From positions 28,302 through 63,829 of the forward strand of contig LFRX01000046.1 of NCBI GenBank assembly GCA_001512985.1: a DNA stretch of 35,528 nucleotides. Reading direction: 5' to 3'. The notes beneath the pieces are model-generated. The model was not told where the DNA came from. It did no database searches and saw nothing but the letters and a program-made list of their open reading frames with translations. The first letter of the stretch is position 1. Each line of letters opens with the position of its first letter. Both the position numbers and the translations under genes were made by a program. This stretch comes from Acholeplasmatales bacterium DTU056 (lineage in GTDB: Bacteria > Bacillota_I > Bacilli_A > ML615J-28 > CAG-698). This document shows positions 19,445 to 27,822 of this stretch, piece after piece.

Positions 19445-20125
19445 TTAGAATAACATATTATGTTCTTGAAAGCTAAAATAACGATTTTTACCGACAATAA
19501 TATGATCAACGATTAATAAATCAACAATTTTAGCTGCTTGGACTATTTTTTGTGTCATTAAAATATCCGGTTGACTTGGTTCAGGATTACCACTTGGATG
19601 ATTATGAATTAAAACAATCGCAATACTTGATAGTTTAAACGCCCATTTGAATATATCGCGTGGATTTATTATTGTTTGCGATAATGTCCCGACGGAAATC
19701 GTCTTTTTAGCAATTAATTCGCTTTTAGCATTTAAATATAAACACACTAAAGTTTCTTGAGTTAAATGTTGTAATTCCTCTTTAACAAGTAAATAAGCTT
19801 TTTTGGGCGTATCAACAATTTGTTCAGGGGGGAGTGGTGTATTAATTCGCTTACCGAGTTCGATTGACGCAAGAAGTTCTACTGCCTTAACTTCCCCAAT
19901 CCCTTTTATCTTTTTTAGTTCATTGATAGTAATCTGATTTAACATATTAATATTTTCCACTTGCTTTAAAACATTTTTAGCTAAATCAATTACTGATATA
20001 TCTCTAGTTCCGGTCCGTAGTAAAATTGCCAGTAATTCGTAGGTTGCTAAGGATTCAGGTCCATATTTAATTAAACGTTCACGGGGCCGTTCTGAACTTG
20101 GAATCTCATGTAACATTAAACTCAT
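19445..20125 (-). CDS. radC: RadC-family JAB/MPN domain protein
   Basis: 226 aa with helix-hairpin-helix LKKIKGIGEVKAVEL and the JAMM motif LIHNHPSGNPEPSQPD. Confidence 0.9.
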   Translation of the reverse strand: MSLMLHEIPSSERPRERLIKYGPESLATYELLAILLRTGTRDISVIDLAKNVLKQVENINMLNQITINELKKIKGIGEVKAVELLASIELGKRINTPLPPEQIVDTPKKAYLLVKEELQHLTQETLVCLYLNAKSELIAKKTISVGTLSQTIINPRDIFKWAFKLSSIAIVLIHNHPSGNPEPSQPDILMTQKIVQAAKIVDLLIVDHIIVGKNRYFSFQEHNMLF

Positions 20126-20176
20126 AGATAATCCTCCTTTATTTTATATTAAATAAAATAAAGGAAATTTACTTTC

Positions 20177-20797
20177 TTACATTAATGTTTCGCAAATTAC
20201 CCGATATATTTCTAAACGATATTTAGTTTTTAATTGTTCATTCTTTAAACTTTTTAATGTCATAAAATAAGAAAAAACTTCAATATTTTCAGGACTAATA
20301 TAAAACTCTTCACTTAAAATAATTTCTTTATTTTTTAAGGAATTAAATAAATTTTCAATTACTTCATCCCAAAACTTCTTTTGAGTGCCATTTAGAAATT
20401 GACTAGTTAAATCATAAAAAGATTTTTGGCGAATAGTTAGATTGATTTCATTTAAATTAATTTTTTTGATTTGGTTTTCTAAATCACTTTTTTTTATACT
20501 AATATCTAAATAAATGCAATAAAAGTTTTTCTTCCCAATTCGTTCATTAACAACAATTGATTGATAACCTTTACTAGTTAAGACTTCGTAAGTTGTTTGA
20601 GCAAGCTTAGCATCTTCAAATCGTCCTGCTTCAAGTAAAAAAAGGGTATGGTTGTCTACTTGCAAAGAATCACCAATTGTATTTTGAGTTTGCGTAAAAT
20701 TGATTCGACCACTTAAGAAAAATCCTACAAGTAACCCAATTATTACACCTAAAATAATCCCGAACACATCAAAATCTGACTTTCTTCTTCTCATCAT
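20177..20797 (-). CDS. Membrane-anchored protein with a SPOR-like domain
   Basis: The start was trimmed to ATG 20795-20797 (MMRRRKSDFDVFGIILGVIIGLLVGFF, SD AGGGGAAAGGGA). After the TM segment, LFLLEAGRFEDAKLAQTTYEVLTSKGYQSIVV...YCIYL resembles a SPOR repeat. I do not recognise the C-terminal approximately 90 aa. Confidence 0.5.
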   Translation of the reverse strand: MMRRRKSDFDVFGIILGVIIGLLVGFFLSGRINFTQTQNTIGDSLQVDNHTLFLLEAGRFEDAKLAQTTYEVLTSKGYQSIVVNERIGKKNFYCIYLDISIKKSDLENQIKKINLNEINLTIRQKSFYDLTSQFLNGTQKKFWDEVIENLFNSLKNKEIILSEEFYISPENIEVFSYFMTLKSLKNEQLKTKYRLEIYRVICETLM

Positions 20798-20870
20798 TCC
20801 CTTTCCCCTCTTAGATGATATTGTAGAAATAAAGAGGGGAAAAGTTTGTAAAATTATGAATGTTTTGTAA

Positions 20871-20899
20871 AAATAAAAAAGGATATTGCTATCCTTTTT
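20871..20899 (-). terminator. Rho-independent terminator overlapping the folC stop codon
   Basis: Stem AAGGATA (20879-20885) pairs with TATCCTT (20890-20896), extended by A/T pairs. TTTTTTATTTTT follows on the minus strand. Confidence 0.6.
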
Positions 20900-22163
20900 G
20901 TGATAAAAGTATTTTACGTACTTCACTAGCAAAATACAAACTCCCGCAAAAAACATTCATCATTTGATCATTATTATCAATTAGTTCTTCTATTAATTCT
21001 TTTACTTCTAAGATATAGTGTTTATTAGGATGAGTTGATAAGTTATATAATTCTTCAGCACGATTACTTCGTTTGTAATGATATTCGGTAAATATCATTT
21101 CAGATGCCACTTCTTCTAATTTTTTAATCATTACGTCTTTCTCTTTATCATGGGAAACTGCAAAAATAATTCTAGTTTTTTTATCTAAATTAACATCTTT
21201 GATGAAACTTACTAATGACTCTATTCCACCTTCATTATGGGCCCCATCAACAATCATCAACGGCTCTTGGCGTAAAACTTCAATTCGCCCTGGCCATGTA
21301 GTATTTTTTAATCCCCGCACAATATTATCATGCGTAATCGGAAAATATTTTTGTAAATATTTGGCAACTTCAATACTTAAAACACTATTACATGCTTGAT
21401 AGTGGCCTAAAAGTTGTAAGGAATAGTTAAAATCTTTATATGTATAAGTAGTTTCAGTTAATGATACTTTAATATTTTGAATATCATTCGGATAGACAAA
21501 ATATAGCGGAGTTTTCTTTTCATTAGTATAATCAATAAATAAATTTGCCAAGCGTTCATCATAAGTCGTAAATAAAGGTACATTAGTCTTAGCAATTCCC
21601 AATTTATTTAAGGCGATTTCTTCTAGCGTGTTTCCTAAAATTTTCATATGATCATAAGAAACATTAGTAATTACACTAACTAATGGTATGATGATATTGG
21701 TAGAATCGAGAAGTCCTCCTAAGCCTACTTCTAAAATAACCACATCTATATCTTTTTTAGAAGCAAAGAATAAAAAACTAATTAAAGTTAGGGCTTCAAA
21801 AAAAGTGGGATTTTCAAGTCCATATTCAGAAAATTTTGGATAATATGTTAATAATAAATTTCCATAGTGAAGCAATTCATCATCACTAATATATTCTTCA
21901 TTATATCCAATCCGTTCGTTAAAACATACTACATATGGTGAAATAAAGGTTCCAACATTTAATCCAGCGTCACGAAGAATATTTTTTAAATAACTTACTG
22001 TCGACCCTTTACCATTAGTCCCGCCAATATGGATAAAGCGGAGATTTTGTTGGGGATTACCAATGATCTCACAATATTTTCGCATTTTTTTTAATGATAC
22101 CTTGGGTGAAGTACGCTTTTGACTTTCGATCCACGCAATAAAATCATTAATATTTGTAAACAT
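20889..22163 (-). CDS. folC: Folylpolyglutamate synthase / dihydrofolate synthase
   Basis: 424 aa Mur-ligase family protein with P-loop HIGGTNGKGST and DGAHNEGG. It has the expected position near valS. Confidence 0.9.
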   Translation of the reverse strand: MFTNINDFIAWIESQKRTSPKVSLKKMRKYCEIIGNPQQNLRFIHIGGTNGKGSTVSYLKNILRDAGLNVGTFISPYVVCFNERIGYNEEYISDDELLHYGNLLLTYYPKFSEYGLENPTFFEALTLISFLFFASKKDIDVVILEVGLGGLLDSTNIIIPLVSVITNVSYDHMKILGNTLEEIALNKLGIAKTNVPLFTTYDERLANLFIDYTNEKKTPLYFVYPNDIQNIKVSLTETTYTYKDFNYSLQLLGHYQACNSVLSIEVAKYLQKYFPITHDNIVRGLKNTTWPGRIEVLRQEPLMIVDGAHNEGGIESLVSFIKDVNLDKKTRIIFAVSHDKEKDVMIKKLEEVASEMIFTEYHYKRSNRAEELYNLSTHPNKHYILEVKELIEELIDNNDQMMNVFCGSLYFASEVRKILLSQKG

Positions 22164-22186
22164 ATAGGTCTCCTCTTATTTATTTA

Positions 22187-24829
22187 CTACGAAATTAGTA
22201 CTTTTATTTCATCTAATACATTATCATGTAATACTAAAAAATTACTAATTTGCTCGTTTAAATTTTTTGGCATTAAAGTTATTTGATTTTCTAATTTTAA
22301 AGCTTCTTCATATAACAAATTAGAACCTAAATTGCTACTAATGCCCTTGATTTTATGAACAATCATTCTGATTTCTTGATAATTTCTTTTATTGATTAAA
22401 CTATTTATTTTATCTTTTACATTGTGATATTCATCATAGTATCGCTTTAACAAGCGGTAGTATACTTTTTTGTTATTGCATAAGGTTGAAAGTCCAACCG
22501 ATTGATTAATATATTGGAAATTATTTTTCTTGTGCTCGCTTAGAGTTTTTAAGACTTTATAAGATAACTCATCAATCGAAATTGGTTTTTCTAAATAATC
22601 AATTACACCTTGGTTAAGCATATTATTAGCAGAGCCTTCGCTACTATAACCAGATAAAATAATTACTAAAACATCCGGATTAATTTGTTTTAAGTTTACA
22701 AAAGTATCTTCACCAGACATAATTGGCATCATCATATCTAGGATTACTAAGTCTATTTTATCATAATTTTCTCTATAGAAATGAATCGCTTCTAGTGGAT
22801 GTGAAAAATCATAAACAGTTAATCCTAAATGCTCTAATGATTCTGTAACAATTGTCCGAACAATTTCCTCATCATCAATTACTAATATTTTATAATCTTG
22901 GATGTTATTTTTTAATAGTTCTTGATAATCAGTTTGTTTTGGTTTTTCATTTTTCTTTTCTACATTATCATATGTTAATGGTAAATATACCCAAAAGGTT
23001 GTTCCTTCATTAACAATACTACTAAATCTAAGTTGACCATTGCTTTTTTTAATTGTTTTTAAAACTGAACTTAAACCGATTCCGGTTCCTCTATTTTTTT
23101 CTTTTGTCGTAAAGAATGGTTCAAAAATTTTATCGCGATATTCTTGTTTGATTCCTATTCCTGTATCTCTAATCTCAATTACAACATACTCACCAACAAT
23201 AAAGTTTTCATAATTAATCATATTAGGATCAGCTTGATCTAAAAAGACTGATGATACAGTGAAATCAATTACCCCGCCATTAGGCATTGCATCTTTTGAG
23301 TTAATAGCAATATTCATAATAGCATTTTGAATATCTGTTTTGTTAGCTAATATATAACATGAATCCACTTCAAAACAACTATTAATTTTAATATTTGGCG
23401 GCATTAAATATTGTAATACTTCGATTGTTTCACGAACTAACTTACATAAATCAAATGTTTCTACCACATACTGATCAACGCGAGTGTATGATAATAAACG
23501 TTTCGCTAATACGGCACCAGTGCGGGTAATTGAGTCTAAACTATTAATATATGATATAGCTTCTTTGGGAAGATTACTTACTTTCCGCAATAAACCAATA
23601 TAGCCAAATGAAGCCATAAGTAAGTTATTAAAGTCATGAGCAATACTTCCAGCAAGCGATCCGATTGATTGTAATTTTTCAAGTTGTAATGCTTTAGAAT
23701 CGTTTATGATATCAATTGTAATATCTTTAATAATTCCAATTATCGTATCATCATTACGAATTTCATCAACACGTCGTGCTACAATTTCTAAAAACTTTTG
23801 TTCCTTTAAAAAGTTGGTTATCTCAACTTCAATTTTAAAATCATTGATTTCTTTCTTTATAAGTTTTCGAATATTATATACTATTTTGCGTAGGGCTGAA
23901 TAATTCTTTTTTTGATCAAGACTAATAAACTCTTTAATCGAAACTGATTGTTGGCTAAGTCCTAATATACTTAAAGAATTCGAACAAAAAATAACATCTT
24001 TTTTATGAGGAGTGTATTCCCAAATTCCATAATTTTTATCTGTAATATTATCATTTTGGTCGATAATACTATCTTTAATAATATTATGGTTTTTATTAAT
24101 AATAACCAAGCACAATATTTCACTGCACATTAGTAACGTATCAAGTAAATACATTGTAAAATTCTCAGGAAAGATTTTTGACTTAGAAAACTTAACTTTT
24201 AAAAAACGAGCCTCTTTTCGATAGATTTTATCGATTGCTAAGGAAAGTTCGTTTAGTTCTTTTTTAGCTAAAGTATGTTTTAATTCCGAAAAAGTAATTT
24301 CGGTTTTTAGATTTGATGATCCAAAAACTGATAATAATTTTGGATCAATATAAAATATTTTATTTTCTAAATTGAATATTACACTATATGTATCATTATA
24401 ATTAGCTACTACATTCATAGTATCATGAATAAGACTAGAATTTAGGTTGATGAAATAATTTATTTCATCAACCTTTCTATCTAGATTGTATTTCATTCGA
24501 AATATTGATTCAAATATTTTTTCTAAACAATTAAAATTAATTTGATTTAGTGAATCAACTGTTTCAGATTCTATATATAAAAAGTATGACTCTTTATAAG
24601 CTTTTTTAAAACATATTAACTTTTCGTAATTAAATAAATTTTTTTCTTTTACACGTCTAATTAACTCACTAAAATATTCTTTTGATATCTTTTTATAATT
24701 ATCAAAAGCAATAATGGTATATTCATCTCCAGTTCGTTTCAAAACTCCAATGTTTTTTAAATCATAAGCATCTTTATATAACTTAAAAACATTTAAAATA
24801 CACGACAATCTATCATTCATCGACATCAT
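22187..24829 (-). CDS. Soluble hybrid sensor histidine kinase (N-terminal unknown + PAS-like x2, HisKA, HATPase_c, REC, HPt)
   Basis: Carries H-box SLAGSIAHDFNNLL, N-box NIAINSKDAM, G-boxes DTGIGI and GTGIGLS, and REC KILVIDDEE...DLVILDMMMP...LEKP. The HPt motif is VHKIKGISSNLGSNLL. I see no hydrophobic TM segment. The SD AAAGGGGG abuts the first ATG, so the ATG at 24818-24820 (MNDRLSC) is the more likely start. Confidence 0.85.
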   Translation of the reverse strand: MMSMNDRLSCILNVFKLYKDAYDLKNIGVLKRTGDEYTIIAFDNYKKISKEYFSELIRRVKEKNLFNYEKLICFKKAYKESYFLYIESETVDSLNQINFNCLEKIFESIFRMKYNLDRKVDEINYFINLNSSLIHDTMNVVANYNDTYSVIFNLENKIFYIDPKLLSVFGSSNLKTEITFSELKHTLAKKELNELSLAIDKIYRKEARFLKVKFSKSKIFPENFTMYLLDTLLMCSEILCLVIINKNHNIIKDSIIDQNDNITDKNYGIWEYTPHKKDVIFCSNSLSILGLSQQSVSIKEFISLDQKKNYSALRKIVYNIRKLIKKEINDFKIEVEITNFLKEQKFLEIVARRVDEIRNDDTIIGIIKDITIDIINDSKALQLEKLQSIGSLAGSIAHDFNNLLMASFGYIGLLRKVSNLPKEAISYINSLDSITRTGAVLAKRLLSYTRVDQYVVETFDLCKLVRETIEVLQYLMPPNIKINSCFEVDSCYILANKTDIQNAIMNIAINSKDAMPNGGVIDFTVSSVFLDQADPNMINYENFIVGEYVVIEIRDTGIGIKQEYRDKIFEPFFTTKEKNRGTGIGLSSVLKTIKKSNGQLRFSSIVNEGTTFWVYLPLTYDNVEKKNEKPKQTDYQELLKNNIQDYKILVIDDEEIVRTIVTESLEHLGLTVYDFSHPLEAIHFYRENYDKIDLVILDMMMPIMSGEDTFVNLKQINPDVLVIILSGYSSEGSANNMLNQGVIDYLEKPISIDELSYKVLKTLSEHKKNNFQYINQSVGLSTLCNNKKVYYRLLKRYYDEYHNVKDKINSLINKRNYQEIRMIVHKIKGISSNLGSNLLYEEALKLENQITLMPKNLNEQISNFLVLHDNVLDEIKVLIS

Positions 24830-24846
24830 CCCCCTTTATCCCCTAA

Positions 24847-24894
24847 ATTATAGATGAATGGTATGTTAGAAATTGTCGATATATGTTAGAAATT
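24847..24894 (-). promoter_or_regulatory. Putative activator-dependent promoter: TATAAT -10 box plus two 13-nt direct repeats
   Basis: The minus strand reads AATTTCTAACATA (24882-24894), 7 nt, AATTTCTAACATA (24862-24874), 9 nt, then TATAAT (24847-24852). The repeat period is exactly 20 nt. No TTGACA-like -35 hexamer is present. Confidence 0.45.
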
Positions 24895-27498
24895 TCGTAA
24901 TAATCGTAATACTTCATCTAATTGTTCTTGATAATTAGCTCGTTTCATTCGCTCTTCGTTAATTTTTGCTTCTGGAGCTTTTGCTAAGAAGTTTGGATTA
25001 TTTAACATACGGTCACAGCGTAAAATTTCATTTTCTAATTCTTCTTTTTTAGTAAGTAATTTTTTCTTTTCCTCTTCTATATCAACTAATGTAGCCAATG
25101 GAATTGCAATCGTTACTTGTTCTAATACTTTAACTAATTTGTTTTCAGTTTGTAGATCATCTTTTAAGATTTCTAATTTATCGTAGTTAATGAAACGATT
25201 TAAATAAAAAATATTTTCATTGATTGTTTGATAGACTTCCTCATCGCGTGCTAAAATTTCTAAAGTGATTTTACGACTATTTGGAACATTATTTTCTTGA
25301 CGAATATTACGAACGCTTGAAATAATATCAAAAATAACTTCAATTTTTTCAGAATTTGGATAAGTAAACTCTTCGTTAATTGTTGGCCATGAACTAATTA
25401 TAATGCTTTCTTCATTAAAACGACGGTAAATTTCATCTGTGACAAATGGAATGAATGGATGAAGTAATTTTAAAATTGTTCGTAAGCAATAATCTAAAAC
25501 TGCACAAGTATTTTCTTTTTGTTGTTCATCAGTTCCACTAAAAACAATTTTAGTTAATTCAACATACCAAGATGCAAAATCATCCCAAACGAATTTATAT
25601 AAAACTTTCGAAGCTTCATTAAATTCGTATTTATCTAAATATTCATCATATTGTTTTATTACTTGATTCAATCTTGTTAAGATCCATTTGTCAACATCAT
25701 TTAGTATTTCTTTATTAATATCTTTACGAGTATAGCCTACTTGTTCAAAATTTAAACCAATATATCGAGAAATGTTCCATATTTTATTTATATAGTTCCA
25801 AGCCGCTTGAACTTTTTCATCACTATAACGGACATCTTGTCCTGGAGATGATGCTGTAGTAATGAAATATCTTACCGCATCAATTCCAAATTCATCAGCT
25901 GCTTCATCCATATCTTTTCCATTTCCAAGTGATTTACTAACTTTACGTCCAAGTTCATCGCGAATTATTCCATGCAGTATTACTTCTTTAAATGGTCGTT
26001 TTCCGGTAAAGTATAATGATTGGAAAGCCATGCGGGCAACCCAAAAGAAAATAATATCATAACCTGTTACTAAACAATCAGTTGGAAAATAACGAGCTAA
26101 ATCAACAGTTTCATTTGGCCAACCAAAAGTAGAGAATGGCCATAAGGCACTAGAAAACCATGTATCAAGTGCATCTTCATCTTGAATCCAACCTTCACCT
26201 TCAGGGGCTGTTTTTCCTACATAAACTTCATCTCCGCGATACCATGCTGGAATTCGATGTCCCCACCATAATTGACGAGAAATACACCAATCTTGAATAT
26301 TTTCTAACCAATTAATAAAGATTTTTTCAAAACGAGCTGGAATAAAAGAAATTTTTGTTTCTGGATTTTTTTGAGCTTCAATTACCTTTTTGGCTAATGG
26401 TTCCATTTTTACAAACCATTGTAATGATAAGCGCGGTTCAACAACAACTCCTGTCCGTTCACTATGACCAACCGCATGAACTATTTTTTCAATTTTAATT
26501 AATAAACCTTTTTCTTGTAAATCACGAACTAAGTTTTTACGGCATTCAAAACGTTCTTGACCTTGATAACGACCTGCTAGTTCATTCATTGTGCCATCTT
26601 CATTCATACATAATGGTCGCGGTAATTTATGACGTAATCCTACTTCAAAGTCATTTGGGTCATGAGCTGGAGTAACTTTTACTACTCCGGTACCAAATTC
26701 CATATCAACATACTCATCCGCAATAACCTCAATCGCTCGCTCGGTCGTTGGAATATAGACTTTTTTTCCTATATATTGTTGGTAACGTGAATCTTTTGGA
26801 TGAACCATTAACGCAACATCGCCAAACATTGTCTCTGGACGGGTTGTTGCGATTACTAATCCATCATTTCCATCGACAAATGGGTACTTAATATAATATA
26901 AAGCACCTTCAATTTCTTTGTATTCAACCTCAATATTAGATAATGCTGTTCTACTTTGAACGTCCCAGTTGATAATGCGTTCACCGCGATAAATTAGACC
27001 GTCTTGATACATACGAACAAAAACCTCTAAAACGGCATCACTTAATCCCTCATCTAAGGTAAAACGTTCGCGAGTATAATCAAGACTTAATCCTAAACGG
27101 GCCCATTGTTGGTGAATCATGTTTTCATGATCTTCTTTCCATTTCCAACAAACTTTCAAAAATTCTTCACGTCCTAAGTCATAGCGAGAAATTCCTTGTT
27201 TTCGTAAGTTTTCTTCGACTTTAGCTTGCGTTGCAATACTAGCATGGTCCATGCCAGGAAGCCATAATGCATCATAACCTTGCATTCGTTTTCTTCGAAT
27301 AATAATGTCTTGAATAGTATTATTAAGGACGTGTCCTAAATGTAACTTCCCAGTAATATTTGGTGGCGGAATAACCATCGCATATGGCTTTTTACTCATA
27401 TCCCCAGATGTAAAAAAACCATTTTTAACCCATTCTTGATATTTTCCGCTTTCGACTTGATTAAAATCGTATCTTGTTGGTAAGTCTTTTAATTTCAT
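24886..27498 (-). CDS. valS: Valine--tRNA ligase
   Basis: 870 aa class I aaRS with HIGH motif PPPNITGKLHLGH, KMSKS motif KVSKSLGN, and a C-terminal coiled coil. It is preceded by a T-box leader. Confidence 0.97.
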   Translation of the reverse strand: MKLKDLPTRYDFNQVESGKYQEWVKNGFFTSGDMSKKPYAMVIPPPNITGKLHLGHVLNNTIQDIIIRRKRMQGYDALWLPGMDHASIATQAKVEENLRKQGISRYDLGREEFLKVCWKWKEDHENMIHQQWARLGLSLDYTRERFTLDEGLSDAVLEVFVRMYQDGLIYRGERIINWDVQSRTALSNIEVEYKEIEGALYYIKYPFVDGNDGLVIATTRPETMFGDVALMVHPKDSRYQQYIGKKVYIPTTERAIEVIADEYVDMEFGTGVVKVTPAHDPNDFEVGLRHKLPRPLCMNEDGTMNELAGRYQGQERFECRKNLVRDLQEKGLLIKIEKIVHAVGHSERTGVVVEPRLSLQWFVKMEPLAKKVIEAQKNPETKISFIPARFEKIFINWLENIQDWCISRQLWWGHRIPAWYRGDEVYVGKTAPEGEGWIQDEDALDTWFSSALWPFSTFGWPNETVDLARYFPTDCLVTGYDIIFFWVARMAFQSLYFTGKRPFKEVILHGIIRDELGRKVSKSLGNGKDMDEAADEFGIDAVRYFITTASSPGQDVRYSDEKVQAAWNYINKIWNISRYIGLNFEQVGYTRKDINKEILNDVDKWILTRLNQVIKQYDEYLDKYEFNEASKVLYKFVWDDFASWYVELTKIVFSGTDEQQKENTCAVLDYCLRTILKLLHPFIPFVTDEIYRRFNEESIIISSWPTINEEFTYPNSEKIEVIFDIISSVRNIRQENNVPNSRKITLEILARDEEVYQTINENIFYLNRFINYDKLEILKDDLQTENKLVKVLEQVTIAIPLATLVDIEEEKKKLLTKKEELENEILRCDRMLNNPNFLAKAPEAKINEERMKRANYQEQLDEVLRLLRNF

Positions 27499-27520
27499 CT
27501 TTATCCACTCCTTTATTTTG

Positions 27521-27780
27521 CTAAAATAAAAGTCCTTAGGAAAACCCTAAGGACGAAAAAATTCGCGGTACCACCTTAGTTCACTATTTGTTAGAATAGT
27601 GCACCTCTTAACTCGTTAACGCAAGTTACGCGGGTATTTCTACTAGAATTTCTTCGTTCAAAATACCAACTCCGAGGCGACCTTCGTAAAGCATTTTTAG
27701 GATTTTCCACCAACCAATCCCTCTCTATAAAAAATAACTTTACTACTCTTCCTCTTCATCGTCTTTATTGGTATTTACTT
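27521..27780 (-). promoter_or_regulatory. T-box riboswitch leader (valine specifier) with intrinsic terminator
   Basis: On the minus strand I see AGTA and AGAGAG boxes, a GGTGGAA distal loop, and the T-box sequence AAGGTGGTACCGCG (27564-27575 region). The terminator stem is GTCCTTAGG/CCTAAGGAC (27532-27554), followed by TTTTATTTT. The specifier-loop segment GAAGGUCG contains GUC (27679-27681) followed by a purine. Confidence 0.85.
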
Positions 27781-27787
27781 ACTATGT

Positions 27788-27816
27788 AGTTTATCATAAT
27801 TTATTAGAATTGTAAA
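27788..27816 (-). promoter_or_regulatory. Putative sigma-A promoter of the valS T-box leader
   Basis: The minus strand reads TTTACA (27811-27816), a 17-nt spacer, then TAAACT (27788-27793). Confidence 0.4.
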
Positions 27817-27822
27817 GATAAA

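Noticed and set aside
19405-19509. Long N-terminal extensions in the ORF track for several genes: 18862-19509, 20177-20956, 6624-6932, 13410-14669 and 16155-17453. 5015-5638 also starts slightly too early.
   Set aside because: The extensions overlap the preceding gene or a terminator hairpin and lack SD sequences. In each case an internal ATG with a good SD gives a protein starting where family members normally start.
27676-27686. Reading the T-box specifier as GGU (Gly) directly after the GAA of the specifier loop.
   Set aside because: GGU would be followed by a pyrimidine and would not match the downstream valS gene. GUC followed by a purine fits both the conserved post-codon purine and the gene. 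The exact register still needs a covariance-model alignment.
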